Positions 25,935 to 40,039 of a DNA stretch of 64,000 bases are shown here, in pieces (position 1 is the stretch's first letter; each line of letters opens with the position of its first letter). The translations under genes and the position numbers were made by a program. The DNA lies in the NCBI GenBank assembly GCA_951406725.2, contig OX597815.1, positions 120,652,001 to 120,716,000 on the forward strand. The letters are read 5' to 3'. Under the pieces are notes generated by a model. It was not told the DNA's origin. It made no database searches and was given only the letters and a program-made list of their open reading frames with translations. Origin of the DNA: Octopus vulgaris (taxonomy: Eukaryota).

Positions 25935-26250
25935 TACGATAGGCTTTCACTTTTCGTCTCCCAAGTCCACTCGCAAAGTTCTGGTCGGCTCGAGGCTATA
26001 GTAGGAGACACTTACTCAAGGTGCCTCGCAGTGGTGCTGAACCCGGAATCGTGTGATTGGGAAGCAAGCTTCTTACCACACGGCCACGCCTTCGTTTACG
26101 TCCCCGTAATGTAGTGGTTCGACAAAAGGGACCGATAGAATACATACCAAACTTTAAAAGATAAGTACTGGGATCAATATGTTCAAGCAAAACCGTTCAA
26201 GGTGATGCCCCAGCATGACCGCTCTCCAGTGACTGAAACAAGTAAAGGTT
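25935..26250. mobile_element. SINE family B pieces in opposite orientation (5' part on -, 3' part on +)
   Basis: 25935-26090 is the reverse complement of the head; 26093-26250 is the forward tail. Confidence 0.8.
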
Positions 26251-27219
26251 AAGATATTTTTGGATTCAGTGGGGATGTACGGGATGCGTGGACCACACAC
26301 AATAGCTACTTTAAATATGTGCTTTTGCTGGAGTCGAAGGTATCTTATGTTTGAAGAAAGGAGCGGTAAATTTGGTTACTACACTGGACAGGCATAACCC
26401 CACGCTACGCTCCTGTTTTAATATTGTAAGAACCTTGAATCATTAAAAAAAAATCTCTTTCTCGAATCTGTGCACAGAAATATATTCATACAAAAATGTA
26501 TCATCAACTTCTATTAAATCTACCAAGCTGTTTACCTACCGAGCTGCCTGTCGCTCTATTCGTGATATTGAGTGGCCTTTTAAGACGAACGAGACGCGTG
26601 ATAAAACTATTCTTCTTGTTGCACTGTTGGTACGAATTATACGAATTTATCTCCCCGATAAAAACGTCACCACTGAGTGATTGTTCATTTTTTAGTTGTA
26701 GGTAGTCGTTCAACATTTAACAATTGGTATTCACATCAGATCGCCATTACCCAGGTTACGGACAAAAAAAAAAATTTATTTATATTATATACTTATTTTT
26801 TTTCTTTTTGATTTGTCGCCGAATATCTCAAATCAGAGCTTTTCAGCCACTTATCATTCGTTCTGAATTGCCAACACAAGCAATCATTTGCTTATAAACT
26901 GTAGACAAGGAGAGGGGAATGTAACTTTTTGTTTGCTTCTTAGCTTCAACATACCGGTCAGTCTATTGTATTGACTAATTTCTGATGGCAAACAAAGATC
27001 AGCAACTTTGATTTAAATAAGGTATTTCCCAGAAGAGAAAGAAAAAAAAAGAAGAGAATAAAAACGATTCTAACCATACCCACACCAACTCAATAGCATT
27101 AAAGTTAATATAACAAGGAAAACCTGTTCACTTTTACGTTCACTTTGTTTAAAAACTGTAAACATTAGTGCGCCCGCACACAAATTCATATGTTTATGCA
27201 TGAATATGTGCGCGTATGA

Positions 27220-27271
<52 letters not shown>

Positions 27272-27812
27272 GCATCTATATATGTAGATACAGACATACA
27301 CACACATGCTCACACATATATAAGTATATATGTATATTTGTATATATATGTGTGTATATATGCGTGTGTGTGCGTGTATATATATAGTCGCTTAAGAAAG
27401 ATATAGTTAACTTCTAAATAGTTGTCTGCCGAATAGAAGATAATTTTTAAACTTGTATAATGTTTAGTTCTCTTTCAAACCTCTACATGAAAAAGAATGC
27501 TAGCCGGTAGGGACTCGAATAACAGCTCTCATCGCTCACAAACAATTGTTTGCTTCATTTGACAAACATTCTTCGTTACTTTTCTGTTCTTTTTTTTTAT
27601 TCCTCTCTGGAATGTTTTTGCGGGTCTCACGCAGGTCTGACACCGTCAGCTGTAGCATAACGATAGTAGCTTTCTAATATAAATATATTCTAGGTAAAAC
27701 TAACATTCCTCTTTTATGTGAAAATTGAAGTACTATGCGCCGTTTAATTAATCTGCCCACTGCTTTACAGCAGGGCCTATGGGATGGGGTTCAGAAAGTA
27801 AATCGGACTGGG

Positions 27813-27871
<59 letters not shown>

Positions 27872-30800
27872 CAAAGAGAAGACCCTTCCCTACCTAAAAT
27901 TCAGCATCTTTGAATATTGTTTTCAAATTTTAACACAAGGCCAGCAATTTTAAGGTAAGGGGTAAGTCAATATACTTACATACATATATAGTGTGGGGAA
28001 TGAGTGATAAGTGTCTTTGAAAGCTAAATTTAAGGATATAGATATTTAGCAAAATTCGAAAACCTTTTATTCTTGTGCATAAATAAAATACGAAACGATT
28101 CCTCCATAACTTCTGATTTGCTTTTTCATTTGTATTTATACACTATACTACACACTATGAAAAAGTTTTTACATACACACACACACACACACAATTAGGA
28201 CTATTCTATATCATTGCAACATTATCACTTTATAAAAGAAACAAATGCTGGATACATCGAAAGTAACTTTAACTTGATACCACAAATACTATGATATAAA
28301 ATTTATCCGCAGAAGATAATTATTTATCTTTTCACATTTTCTCCAGCTCAAAGACGTTGAATACATCAAAGTTGGATCGATATTTTCGATAATTATCTTT
28401 GCACTGAAGCAAAAGTTCTCAATAGCTAAGAATTAGTAACAGAAGGTAGTCAGCATGTAATCGGTTTGTTATTTTCCTTTATATATTGCTATGGGGAAAA
28501 AAATCCTATACAAAAGCCAGAATTTGAATATCAAGCTACGGAGGGAACAAATAAAACTTTTACAAACTGATTGCATGACACCAATGAAAACATTTATGTA
28601 TAGGATAAACTGCTTGAGTGGAAACTGAGGCATTTCTCAGCCGATACCTTTCTTTGTCGTTTGAAGAGGCGAAGCACAAGAAGAATGAAAAGGACAGTCA
28701 TCCTCAGTGACAAGCATGTACGAAAATTTTACTTTCGTTTATCACGCCTATTCAATTAAGACAGAAGCATCAAAATTGTTTTTGTGTTCTCGAGCGCCGA
28801 GAATCTTTGTTACACCACTTATCGTGGTATGTTACCCTCCCCCGTGAGGTCTAGTTCATCTGTTTTTACTCTGGAGTCTCATCCGTGGCCTTAAACCACA
28901 ATTGGTTATATCGGAAGGTAAGCTCCTGAGTGCATTACACTCAGAATATCAAGAGAATACAAATACTACTTGTAATGGCAAGGAAATTCAATAACAGTAA
29001 GTTAATAAACACTCTGTAACTGTATGTTTCAAACTGTGATTAGAAGAGGCAATCGGTGAAAGTATATACTTTGTGACAGTCCACTCCATGAATGTAATAT
29101 AATTTATGCCTGCTTTCAGTCGAAATGCTTATTTTATCAAAATTGTTATAACTCAGAGTTATTTAGACATCTAAACTATTCTCTAATGTACTATCCGACT
29201 AGTTGTCTAGCACCAAACATCTCTTGTATACAAATAGAGAAACACTTACTACTAAGCTATCGTTATTATTGTCGACCAGCTCTAGGCCAGGCCTACTTGA
29301 GGAGACCTGTCATCAAAGACATTCTAATTGTAGCTGTACAGTCTCATCAGTCATCGCTTATCTCAAAATACATTATCTGTTTTGTCCTTTCTTTTTAAAA
29401 GATCGAATAATCACAACAGTTCGAATAATCGCGTAAAGGCTCTCTCTTTTTGTTTTTTATTCTGAACGGTTAGCATTCAATTATGAGTGAATATGCCATT
29501 GGTAACTCTAATTAGCTCTTTCAGTGATCTCATGTCAGTTAAATTTGATTGCAGACAAGCAGAACTTCAGTGTTCAAAGAAGCATGGTTAATTTCAGACC
29601 GAATACCACCTGTTTTTTAATTGCAGTACAGCCCCGTTCTAAACAGCAGACCTATGATGAAAGGAGTCATTCCACTCTCTTTTAACGGTATCTAGAACTA
29701 TATTAATTAGTGCCCTCTTCCCTTTTTTAATGGCGAAATCAAAGGAGGAACGGCAATATCCATGACTCATTTCCAGGATCACTGAGATTGTTGGTAGACC
29801 TGACCTAAATGCTTGCAACAGTGTGTAGTTCTCTTAAGATACTCAAGGAACAGGTGGTAGCCTTAAACCGGGTGATGGATTAAACCTACCATCAAAGAGT
29901 GGGAAGGATCCTTCAGTAGGAATCCACACAATTTTCATACAAGAAATTTCACTGTGGTCGACTCGAGGCAGCGGTAGAAGACACTTCCTTAAAGTGTAAC
30001 GCAAGGGATCGAACATGAAGCTAGGAAGCTACGAAGTGAACTCTTTACTTTTTAACTATACCTCACTTCTTAACTTACTTCTTAGCCATACCTGCGACAA
30101 TATACGTTTTAAGGTAGTTGAGCCGTGATATGAGGAAATTTTTTTTGTTATTTCTTGTAGGTCATGCAACTACAGAGATCTTTCTTTTTATCTATTTTTA
30201 TCAATTGGCAGATTGAAGCGGATGTATAAAAATACCTTTCTGAGTTAATTGCTGCCTCTAGGAAAATGGGGTTGACACCCACAGTAAAGCTACAAAGAGG
30301 CACATCTTGTTTCATTTGTATTATATGCAGGAAGAGGAAAATGAATAGATTTTATTTCTGTTACTATTTAACTCTATCAATTAAACTTCAAAGTAAGATT
30401 TAGCATAATGTAATTTACCTACAATTGACCTCAACCATTAAAGTCCCTGTAAATAAAATTAATCTGTATGTATGTATGTAAAAATTCGTTACTATTACAG
30501 AAACATCAGGATTATCCCGACAGAATAATTACTAAAATACTTATTGATAACGTGTTTGACTCTGGTAGAAAAAGCTTAAGTATTAGTAAGAAACGGAAGT
30601 TTAACAAATGATCTGTCTGAGGGTTTTTTTAAAACTTGTCACATTGCCTTTACTTCCGGACAAATATTTGATGTAATGTTGGGAGAGGCCGAAAGATGTT
30701 CACACGAGTAGCTAAAGATTTATCATGTCAACTATATTTGTTATTGTTTCTATCTGTCACTTAAAGACAGTATTTTATTATATCTAACATCATGTTGGAT

Positions 30801-31960
30801 AAAGCTGACAGCACTTGTGTTATATGGCAGCCCACTTAGACAACAATCACTCATACCTCAGACGGCCACTTGAGCAACCACTTAGTGTCTCTTACATTAA
30901 ACCTTTACCTCCTCCGCTCCCCACTTTTTTGGATCAAATAGTTTGGGGTCATATGTTATAAATACAAATATGCTATGTACATACATACTCATGTGCACGC
31001 GCATATGCTAGGACCCGTATACATACACACATACACACACATACATACATACATAGGCTGGCAGATAGATAGATAGATAGATTTGGTGAAATAAATAATA
31101 GTAAGAATATATATACTTTTTAATCAGTTGTGAGGTTATATGAGTGACTTTAAGGTTAGTTTCTTGCGGGACACTTATCAAAGTTTGCTTTTGTGTCATA
31201 TCATGAAACACTCGGCTCTTGAATTACTTATGCAATTTTTCAGCCGGTTATATATAGGAGTTGCTCATGCAGATACACAGATACCCTGTAGCAATGCGCT
31301 TGCTCTCATAAATATACATTTTAACACACTCACATTCATCTACACATATTGTTGAACGATGTTTAAAGGTGACAAAAACATGGTGGTGAAAATGACAATT
31401 GTAAGAATCTTCGTCAGTGGATAAATTATCAGAGAAGACCATGTCATGCATGTATGTATGTATGTATGTATGTATGTATGTATGTATGTACGTACGTACA
31501 TTGCATGGAGTGCATCCTATATTGGGGCCCTGGCACGGGAGTTCCAGGTTCAGAGCTTATTTTTAGAAGGTAAACTCGTATTAAAAAACCTTACGTGCAG
31601 TCGGTTTCTCGTCCTCTCAATCTCTGTTGTACCTCTAGCCTTATAGCTGATTGCGGTGAAAAGTGGATTTAATGATGCGCAACACTTTATCTACTCCAAA
31701 TAAAATTCACACACTGGGACTTCTTGGATTCTCAGAGCATTTGCATGGTCTGACTGGATTTAGGAAGTGGTCTTTACTCGGTAACGAGTTGACATCCACC
31801 ACCTGCGTATGTATGAATGCGAGCCATGGGCGAAACAATAACATGTTAAACACTTATGCCGTGCAGATTAGTAGTCCCAATTTCCTGTAACATGGATTTA
31901 TTGAATATATAAACAGATGGCCTGTTTGTTTCTCTGGGATTGATTAAATTGATGTAGAGA

Positions 31961-32001
31961 CCTCTGATGAGAACACAATAAAATTCCTAAATCGATCAAG
32001 G
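31961..32001 (+). ncRNA. degenerate minimal hammerhead
   Basis: ccu-CUGAUGA-GAA-cacaauaaaa-UUC-c-UAAA-UCGA-UC-aagg. G12 is changed to U. Confidence 0.5.
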
Positions 32002-32037
32002 CTGTTCAACACCTTTTCAATTTGTTCACACACACAC

Positions 32038-32092
<55 letters not shown>

Positions 32093-32330
32093 ATAAATAA
32101 TATCATGGTAATAAAAATTATAGAAATTTTTACTACCAGAGTCCTAGCGTACAAGAAAATTAGTCAATAGACTATATATTATTAATTTAAAATACAGTGT
32201 ACATTAAAACACATAAAGAGGCTTCCATCATAGGAATCCATTACGCTAGAAAGAACAGTTAAAGTCCAAACCACTAATTAGGGATAAATTCTCAAAGGGA
32301 ATGAAAAATAAAAACATTTACCATCTAATT

Positions 32331-32402
32331 CCTGGCCATGGTTTCTGACTTATTTTAGTAAATAAAAAATATTATTTACTAAGGCGAAGTCTTCATCAAC
32401 GG
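32331..32402 (-). ncRNA. degenerate hammerhead with long stem II
   Basis: UUGAUGA-A-GACUU..UUAGUAAAUA/UAUUUACUAA..AAGUC-A-GAAA-CCAUGG-CC. Confidence 0.5.
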
Positions 32403-32775
32403 AGACGCTTTAGATTAAATATACAAACAACGAGGCTAATCTAGCATGTAACTCATTGCTTGTACACTTTAATTTTTTTCAAATCCACTGCGCAGAATTT
32501 ATCCCTAATCATATATGTATACGAATATATATGTATATATATATATATATATGTATGTACATATATATGCATATATATACATACATATATTTATATGTAT
32601 GTATATATAAATACATATATAATATATATACACATGTATATATATATATATAGACGTATATATATGTATGTATATATATATATATATATATACATATATT
32701 TAATATATATACACACACGCACGCACACACACATATATATATATACACACACACACATATATATATACATATGCA

Positions 32776-33185
32776 GTGATATGCATCTGGAAAATCCTAG
32801 AGGCCCTTGTCCCGAATTTTGGCATTGAAAGTTACTCCAACACCAAAACTGCATGGTGCCAAAGATCCCGATATCACCATGAAAATACAGAACCAGATAC
32901 TGTAACAGCAGGGTTTCAGGGGACCACAGCTCTTCAATATCCTTCCTAAATGCCTCAGAGACCTGCATGATGTGGATATGGGTTTCTTTAAAACTAAATT
33001 GGATCTCTTCTTGTCAGGGGTTCCATAAGAACCTACCTCTCGACAGGAAACAGATGCGGGCAGCGGCGTCGAACTCCCTTGTTGACCAAGTGCCACGTAT
33101 CAGGCAGTTTCACATACTAGTGTAGCACATTCATCGATGGTGCCCCAGCATGGCCGTAGCTTTCAGGCTGAAACATTTTTAAGGA
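32776..33185 (+). mobile_element. CR1-group LINE 3' end (frameshifted ORF2 C-terminus and 3' UTR)
   Basis: Translates [11 protein letters not shown]...GPQLFNILPKCLRDL...FKTKLDLFLSGVP...RAAASNSLVDQ. Confidence 0.8.
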
Positions 33186-33409
33186 TTTAAGGATATGCAC
33201 ATATACATAATATATATATATACACATATATATATAATATATATAAACATATATAATATATATATATACACACATATATAATATATATATATAAACATAT
33301 AATATATATATATAATATATATACACACACACATATTTATATATATATATATACATACGTATGTATACATATATACATATATATACGCATACGTATATAT
33401 ATACACAGT

Positions 33410-33601
33410 TAATCCAAACAAGAAAGCACAAAAAAACACAACAACGCGAGGATGTGGAACAAATATAGTATTATTGGACGCTCAGGAAAGAAGGAGGGTT
33501 TAACGTTTCGAGCGGAGCTCTTCGTCGGAAACATAGGAGAAGGAAAGATCCAGAGAAGGGAAGACAGAGGGAAAGAATCGCCAACGGTACACACGCGGTC
33601 A
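33410..33601 (-). mobile_element. solo PLE pseudo-LTR with hammerhead at 33498-33532
   Basis: guuu-CCGACGA-A-GAGC-ucc-GCUC-GAA-ACGU-U-aaac. Same layout as the pLTR at 17730-17940; microsatellite flanks. Confidence 0.75.
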
Positions 33602-33715
33602 CATACATATATATATATATATACATATATACATAGATATATATATGCATACATATATATATATACACAAACACACACATACATACACACAATATATATA
33701 GATATATATGCACAC

Positions 33716-33756
<41 letters not shown>

Positions 33757-34160
33757 CATGAATATACACACGTATATGGATATAGATATATGTGCTCTTA
33801 TATATAATCATATATATATAGTATTTTCTATAGTTGTTATTTATGGTTGGTCAAAAATTTACCATTGGTTTCACGTCTTTTATCGTTCTTAGCAGTATAA
33901 CCTACGCAGCAGATCTGTCGGGCGGAGGCACACAGCCTCTGTATTTGCCAATTAACCAATTGAAAAAATAAAAGTTGTCGAATACATATCTTTTATCTAC
34001 TGAAAATGGATCCAGTGGGCATATTCACAAGAATTCAAGACGAATCATCTCTTACATGATTCATCCCTGAAAGGCAACAGAAATTTCCTTCATTAGTCGT
34101 CTCAAAACGAGGGCGGAAACATTTAATTTAGCATATATATTAGTGAGCGTCTGAACTATC

Positions 34161-34191
<31 letters not shown>

Positions 34192-34565
34192 TGTGTGTGT
34201 GTGTGTGTGTGTGAGTACATGCGTGTATACTTATACAAGTGTAAATATACACACACATATGTAAACACATACATACTCGTATACATATTTATCTATGCAT
34301 CTACGCCTCTCTCTCTCTCTCTTTATTGTTGTCATTCTTAAAATTATAAACAGTCTCGTATCCTTGGTAATGTCTTGTGCCTAAGTTTGCCTGTGTCAAT
34401 CATTACTGTTAATTTCTCCACTATTCTACATAACACTTGTTACTTTGAAAAGTACTTATTCGAAACGATACTTCTGAAAGTTAGGGTTAGGGTTATGAAG
34501 ATCCTTGTTCCTTTCCATTGAAATCTTGAATGTCCTTCTTCGTTTATATCTCTACCTGAACACCC

Positions 34566-34638
<73 letters not shown>

Positions 34639-34718
34639 TTCTATGTCTGTCTATATATGTATCTCTCTATCGATATCTATTACTCAGTCTGTTTGCTTGC
34701 CTTTGTGTGGTATGTGTG

Positions 34719-34777
<59 letters not shown>

Positions 34778-35358
34778 CTATTCCGGGTAATCCAGACTAT
34801 TTGGGCGTTTTCAAAATGTGACCTCCACTACTGCAAAACCATTTCTAATCGGCAGCAAAAGGAAATTCATCAGTCGAATATATTTACTTTTTACTCAGTC
34901 TACATCGTATGTCGTATAAATAATCAACATTCTTAACCTGTCTGATCTTCAATATACATTTATGAAGTGGAATCTTATCTATTATCAGCAATAATTCTAT
35001 TACTTAGCTCCTTTAATTACTTATCCTTTTTACATCTTCATTTTGTAGTAATTTCACACTTTTATCATCACTGTGTCAGTTACAATTTTTTTCTTTCTTT
35101 ATATGCAAGATATCATCATCATCATTATCATCATCATAATCACACATATACACACACATGCACACACGCACACACATATATATATATGTGCGCGCGCGCG
35201 TGTGTGTGTGTGTATGTTAGCTCAGTATAGAACTCAGTATTACATATTCATATGTTTATAAATATGAATATATGCTTATGCATGTGTATATAAATATGTA
35301 TGTATATGTATATTTATGTATTAATATCTATATGTATATATATATATATATATATAAA

Positions 35359-35411
<53 letters not shown>

Positions 35412-35787
35412 GGAACGTAAAATACATCTACCAATGCAAAGAAACAATTTCTCTACAAAAACACTTAAATAAAGAAAATTTATTTATCGAAAAATACAGA
35501 ACACACCTAAATATGAATGCACAACCAACTCTGGTCTCAGTATATATTTTGATATATATTCACATACGTATCACTGCAAATATTTCATCTCACTTGTTTG
35601 GTTTTTGAGCTTTTCTATATTTATTGATCCCCTCCCCCCAAAATGAGCAACTGCCTCCTCTGTCCCGAATAATAACAATCACCAATTGACTCTCCTTAGA
35701 TTTTTCTGCTTGTTGATTCATTCGCAAACTCCCATACATACCATTGAATAAAATCTTAAGAAAATAGGAAATTATAATAATTTCAAT

Positions 35788-35818
35788 ATCATGATTAGCG
35801 AAAGCGGAACGTGTCGAT
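35788..35818 (+). ncRNA. minimal hammerhead, second A3-U8 copy
   Basis: auc-AUGAUUA-GC-gaaa-GC-GGAA-CGUG-UC-gau; A13G. Confidence 0.55.
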
Positions 35819-36953
35819 TAACACAATATTTTTTCACCCTATAAAATATATTTAAAAATATATTAAAGCCATGCAAACTGTGTGCATTATCCTTCTCTAA
35901 TTTTCTATATATTTTTGAATTACAACCCACCACGTAAGGATAATCGAAATTCACCTCCTCTCCTATATGTACGTATCTATGTATGTATTTATATATAAGT
36001 GTGTGTATACTTTTATGTATATGTAAATATGTGTGTATGCGTATGTATGAATGTAAATGTACATATGTGTATATGTATGCATATGTATATATGTGTTTGT
36101 GTATGTATATATATATGTATGTGTGTGTGTATGTATGCGTATATATATGTTCAATATATGTGCGCGTCTATATATATATATATGTGTATATGTATATATA
36201 TATATATATGTATATATGTATATATGTATGTGTATGTATCCATTTGAACTTGTGTGTTTGTATAATTGTCTCTCTATATATGTCAATAACGTGGTTACAC
36301 AGCTTGTATACATAATTTTTCTTATTTCGTTTTTCCCCACCCCTCCTTTTTCTTTTTTCCTTCCCCCTTCTTCGTTCCTTTTTCTCTCTCTTCCTTTCTT
36401 TCGTTTTTTTTCTCTAACTGATACTGGTGCATACAACTTTACGTCCCCCTCACTTACTTGTCTTAAGCTTTGCTCCGTAAATAAGGAACGCTACATTAGC
36501 ATCGATGATTTTAACTTGCGTGCGAGATAGATTGCGTATATATATGTATGCATGCATTTGTGTGTATATTTTAGATTTATATTTATACGTCTGTATATGT
36601 ATGGCGTTTGCACGCATCCTTCTGTGTATGTTGATATATATATGTACACTTTAATATGAATATGTATTGCAGTGTAATATTTATAATGCATTTTAATTTC
36701 TATGTATTAATTATATTTCCTTCATTAACGTCAATATGTATTTTATTCAATGTAAGGTTTTTCCTCGAATTTTATAATTTTTATAATTTTTTTATATATA
36801 TATATACATATATATTTTTGAGCTCATTTTTGTTTATCGCTCGAAGATTGACCGTTATTTCTAAAGGGCCAATCAAACAAGTCCATTTTTTAAAGGTGTA
36901 GCGTTTGTAAGAGTCTGGATTGAATTGATATATCGGTTCCATTCTAACAAAAA

Positions 36954-36991
36954 CTGTCTGATGAATGGCAACGAGAAACTCAGAGTAACAG
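36954..36991 (+). ncRNA. minimal type I hammerhead with canonical core
   Basis: cugu-CUGAUGA-auggcaacga-GAAA-CUCAGAG-UA-acag. GUA cleavage triplet; stem II is weakened. Confidence 0.7.
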
Positions 36992-37082
36992 ATTTGGTTG
37001 AATTTTCTGCTGCTTTAAATAAAGTATTTATATATGTATATATATATGTATATATGTGTATATATATGTATATATATATATT

Positions 37083-37113
<31 letters not shown>

Positions 37114-37114
37114 A

Positions 37115-38901
37115 TTGATAGAATTGGTAAGGCAACAAAAGAATGAAAGAGACCTCGATATTATGTAAATAGAGGAATTTATCTGTAAACGTAATATGTG
37201 ACAATTATTCGGTAGCCATTATAAAACTTCGAGTTTCGGATGTCGGGGTGGAAATCCACGCCGCTATCTCTTCAGTTATTCGGCCAAAAATGCTATGAAA
37301 ATGACCGTTAAACAAAGGGAAATTACTGTGTGATTGACTGTTATTTAGACAAAAGAGCTATTTGAAGACCGCTAAGTGAGGGTAGGGATTAAAAGTAAGG
37401 GGGTAAAAATGTCATAGTATTCGCGTAAGCGCGCATGTCCATACCTACACATGTGTGCCCGCACACTCACGTACATGCGCCTATAAGTATACACTCATCT
37501 ACCCTCACTTGAAACACACATTCTCACCCACACCATTCGCCAATATATATGTATATATATATACAATCCCCCACACACATACACACCAAAAAGGTTCATA
37601 CACACGTCTATATTCGCACATGCACAAGAATAAACAGGGCTAAGGTCAAAGATACAAAAAATGTGAAAAGTATAAAAAAAATAAGCAATAAGAGTAAAAC
37701 ACGTCTATATACGCACATGCCCGTATGCACACCCACACGCACGTCTATATACGCACACACACACACACGCACACGCACGCACAAAAAAGTTCATACACAC
37801 GTCTATACACGCACATGCGCAAGAAAAAAAAAACAGAGCTAAAGGCAAAATACAAAATGTGTAAAAATGTATAAAAAAATAACGAGTAAAACACGTCTAT
37901 ATACGCACATATTCACATGCACACACACACACACACACGCACACATATATATACACACAACCCGCACACACGCACACATCCACATGCGCGCACACGCACA
38001 CATCCACGTGTGCACACAAAAGATTCCATATACACGTCTATATACGCACAGGGAAAATGCAGGGTGGAAGGTAGAATACAGACAAAATATGTGTAAAAAT
38101 ATATGAGTAATATATCTATAAAACAATATCTATATATATATGTAAAAAAATATAAGTGTAAAAAATATATAAATATATATAAAAATATATAAGAAATATA
38201 AGTAAAAATATAAAGATATAAAAAGCTTGTATGTGGACATAATATAGAAAGCAAGTCCTATCTGTAATCTCGGGGGGACCAAAAACGTTACAAATATTTA
38301 GCAACGTGTGGGCATTATCCAAAAAGGTCAGTTCTTGAATTCAGACATGTGGCGGATTTCAACTGCTTTTCCAGATGAGCCATCTTTCCATATCACAAAG
38401 ACCGCACTTTTCACTGCCGTTGGTGTAGGGCTTAAACTTGACTAAGATCTTCCAATGGATGTACTTAAAAGATAAAGGTGTCAGTTACAACATCCATTGG
38501 AAGATCTTAGCCAAGTGTAAGCTCTTGATAGAAATGTCAAAACAACAAAAGAATGAAAGAGACCTCGATGTTATGTAAATAGAGGAATTCATCTGTAAAT
38601 GTAATATGTGATAATTATTCGGGAGCCATGATAAATCTCCAGTTTTCGGATGTTGAGGCGGAAACCCAGGCCGGCATCACTTCCGTTATCGGACCATCGA
38701 AAAAAATGGTACGAAAATGACCGTTAAAACAAAGAGAAATTACTGTGTAATTGACCGTTATTAAGAAAAAGAGCTATTAGAATGACCCCTAAGTAAGGGG
38801 AAGGAGTAAAGGTGAGGGAGTAAAAATGCTCATAGTAATCGCGTAAGCGCGCATGTCTATACATACACATGCGCCTATATGTATATACTCATCCACCCTC
38901 A
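37115..38901 (-). mobile_element. truncated Penelope-like element with two direct ~380-bp pLTR copies
   Basis: 37115-37507 and 38525-38901 are diverged direct repeats, each with an HHR. 38290-38462 on minus reads IHWKILVKFKPYTNGSEKCGLCDME...LNSRTDLFG*CPH, the PLE endonuclease tail. Confidence 0.85.
37221..37279 (-). ncRNA. hammerhead in pLTR (more decayed twin at 38631-38689)
   Basis: auaa-CUGAAGA-GAU..GUGGA/UCCAC..AUC-c-GAAA-CUCGAAG-UU-uuau. Confidence 0.7.
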
Positions 38902-38919
38902 TGCATGTATATATGTGTG

Positions 38920-38990
<71 letters not shown>

Positions 38991-39606
38991 GTGTATCTAT
39001 CTATAAGTTTCAAAGTGTGTAGTTTAAAAAATTAAATAATCTGTACGTCAAATTGAAAAGATGCAAAATGAATAAAAAGCAAAGTCGACTTGGCGAAATT
39101 TGAACTCAGAATGTAAATACAGGCGAAATATCGATAAGCATTTCGTCCGCTATGCTAACGTTTCTGCCAGCTTGCCGCCTTAGGACATAAAGCATTCATT
39201 TTAGTAATATATTCTTTATTATTCTTATTGCTAAGCATTACTTCCTTACTCTCTTACTTCCTGACACGAAATTTCGTGGCATTTTACCCCATAACTTTTC
39301 TTCTACTAATTTTTGTTCAATGTAACTAACGAATCTGAATTCCTCAGTCGAATTCCAGATTATCTATGCAATTTCGGCTGGTTATATTCGAGATTGCTCC
39401 AACCTGGCCAGCATGTGTATATAAGTATGTGTATATATGCATATATCTATATGTATATGTATGTATATGTATATATGTATATAGGTATATATATATGTCA
39501 CCGTGATCACCGTGACCGACCAGGCTATCAGATGTTGCTACACATCGCTAGTCACAATGCGTTTCGCATTGTTTTAGCCTTCAAATGATGCCACCCCGCT
39601 GTAAAC

Positions 39607-39697
39607 CATCATGACGAGAGGGGCAATATGTTTCTGTATTTGGAATACTTAATACGCCATTTATATATTTATTGCACCCCTGAAACGGCCGTAGATG
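39607..39697 (+). ncRNA. hammerhead with long stem II
   Basis: cauc-AUGACGA-g-AGGGG-CAAUA...UAUUG-ca-CCCCU-GAAA-CGGCCG-UA-gaug. C3 is changed to A. Confidence 0.65.
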
Positions 39698-40039
39698 ATA
39701 TCTTTTACCCGAATTCACCCGAATCTTTATATATTTATTTTATCTACATATTTAGTCCTGAATTTTTAAATTGTCATCCTACATTTCTTATAAACATTGA
39801 GTTCTTAATTGATTCGAACGGTTCCTTTTGGAATCCTTACCTCGAATTTTTATCTCTTTATTTGTCACTCCTCAATTCGGTACCGTAACACAGCGTACAT
39901 GATGCATATTTCCCATATCCTTCGATTTAGTTCGCAATGAGCACTTCTTAATACAGTCCATATATTGTGAAGCATACATAAAAATATATTTTATAAGAAA
40001 ATTTTATTTTATTATGTATATATGTATATGTATATACAG

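Noticed and set aside
28330-28440. hAT transposase fragment (LAIEN-like)
   Set aside because: Too short, with no TIRs or supporting motifs.
33858-33900. Further hammerhead candidates (also 13960-14005, 8300-8330)
   Set aside because: A GAAA plus palindrome half is visible, but the CUGANGA half is too decayed to support a call.
34480-34495. Telomere (TTAGGG)n
   Set aside because: Only about 2.5 interstitial units.
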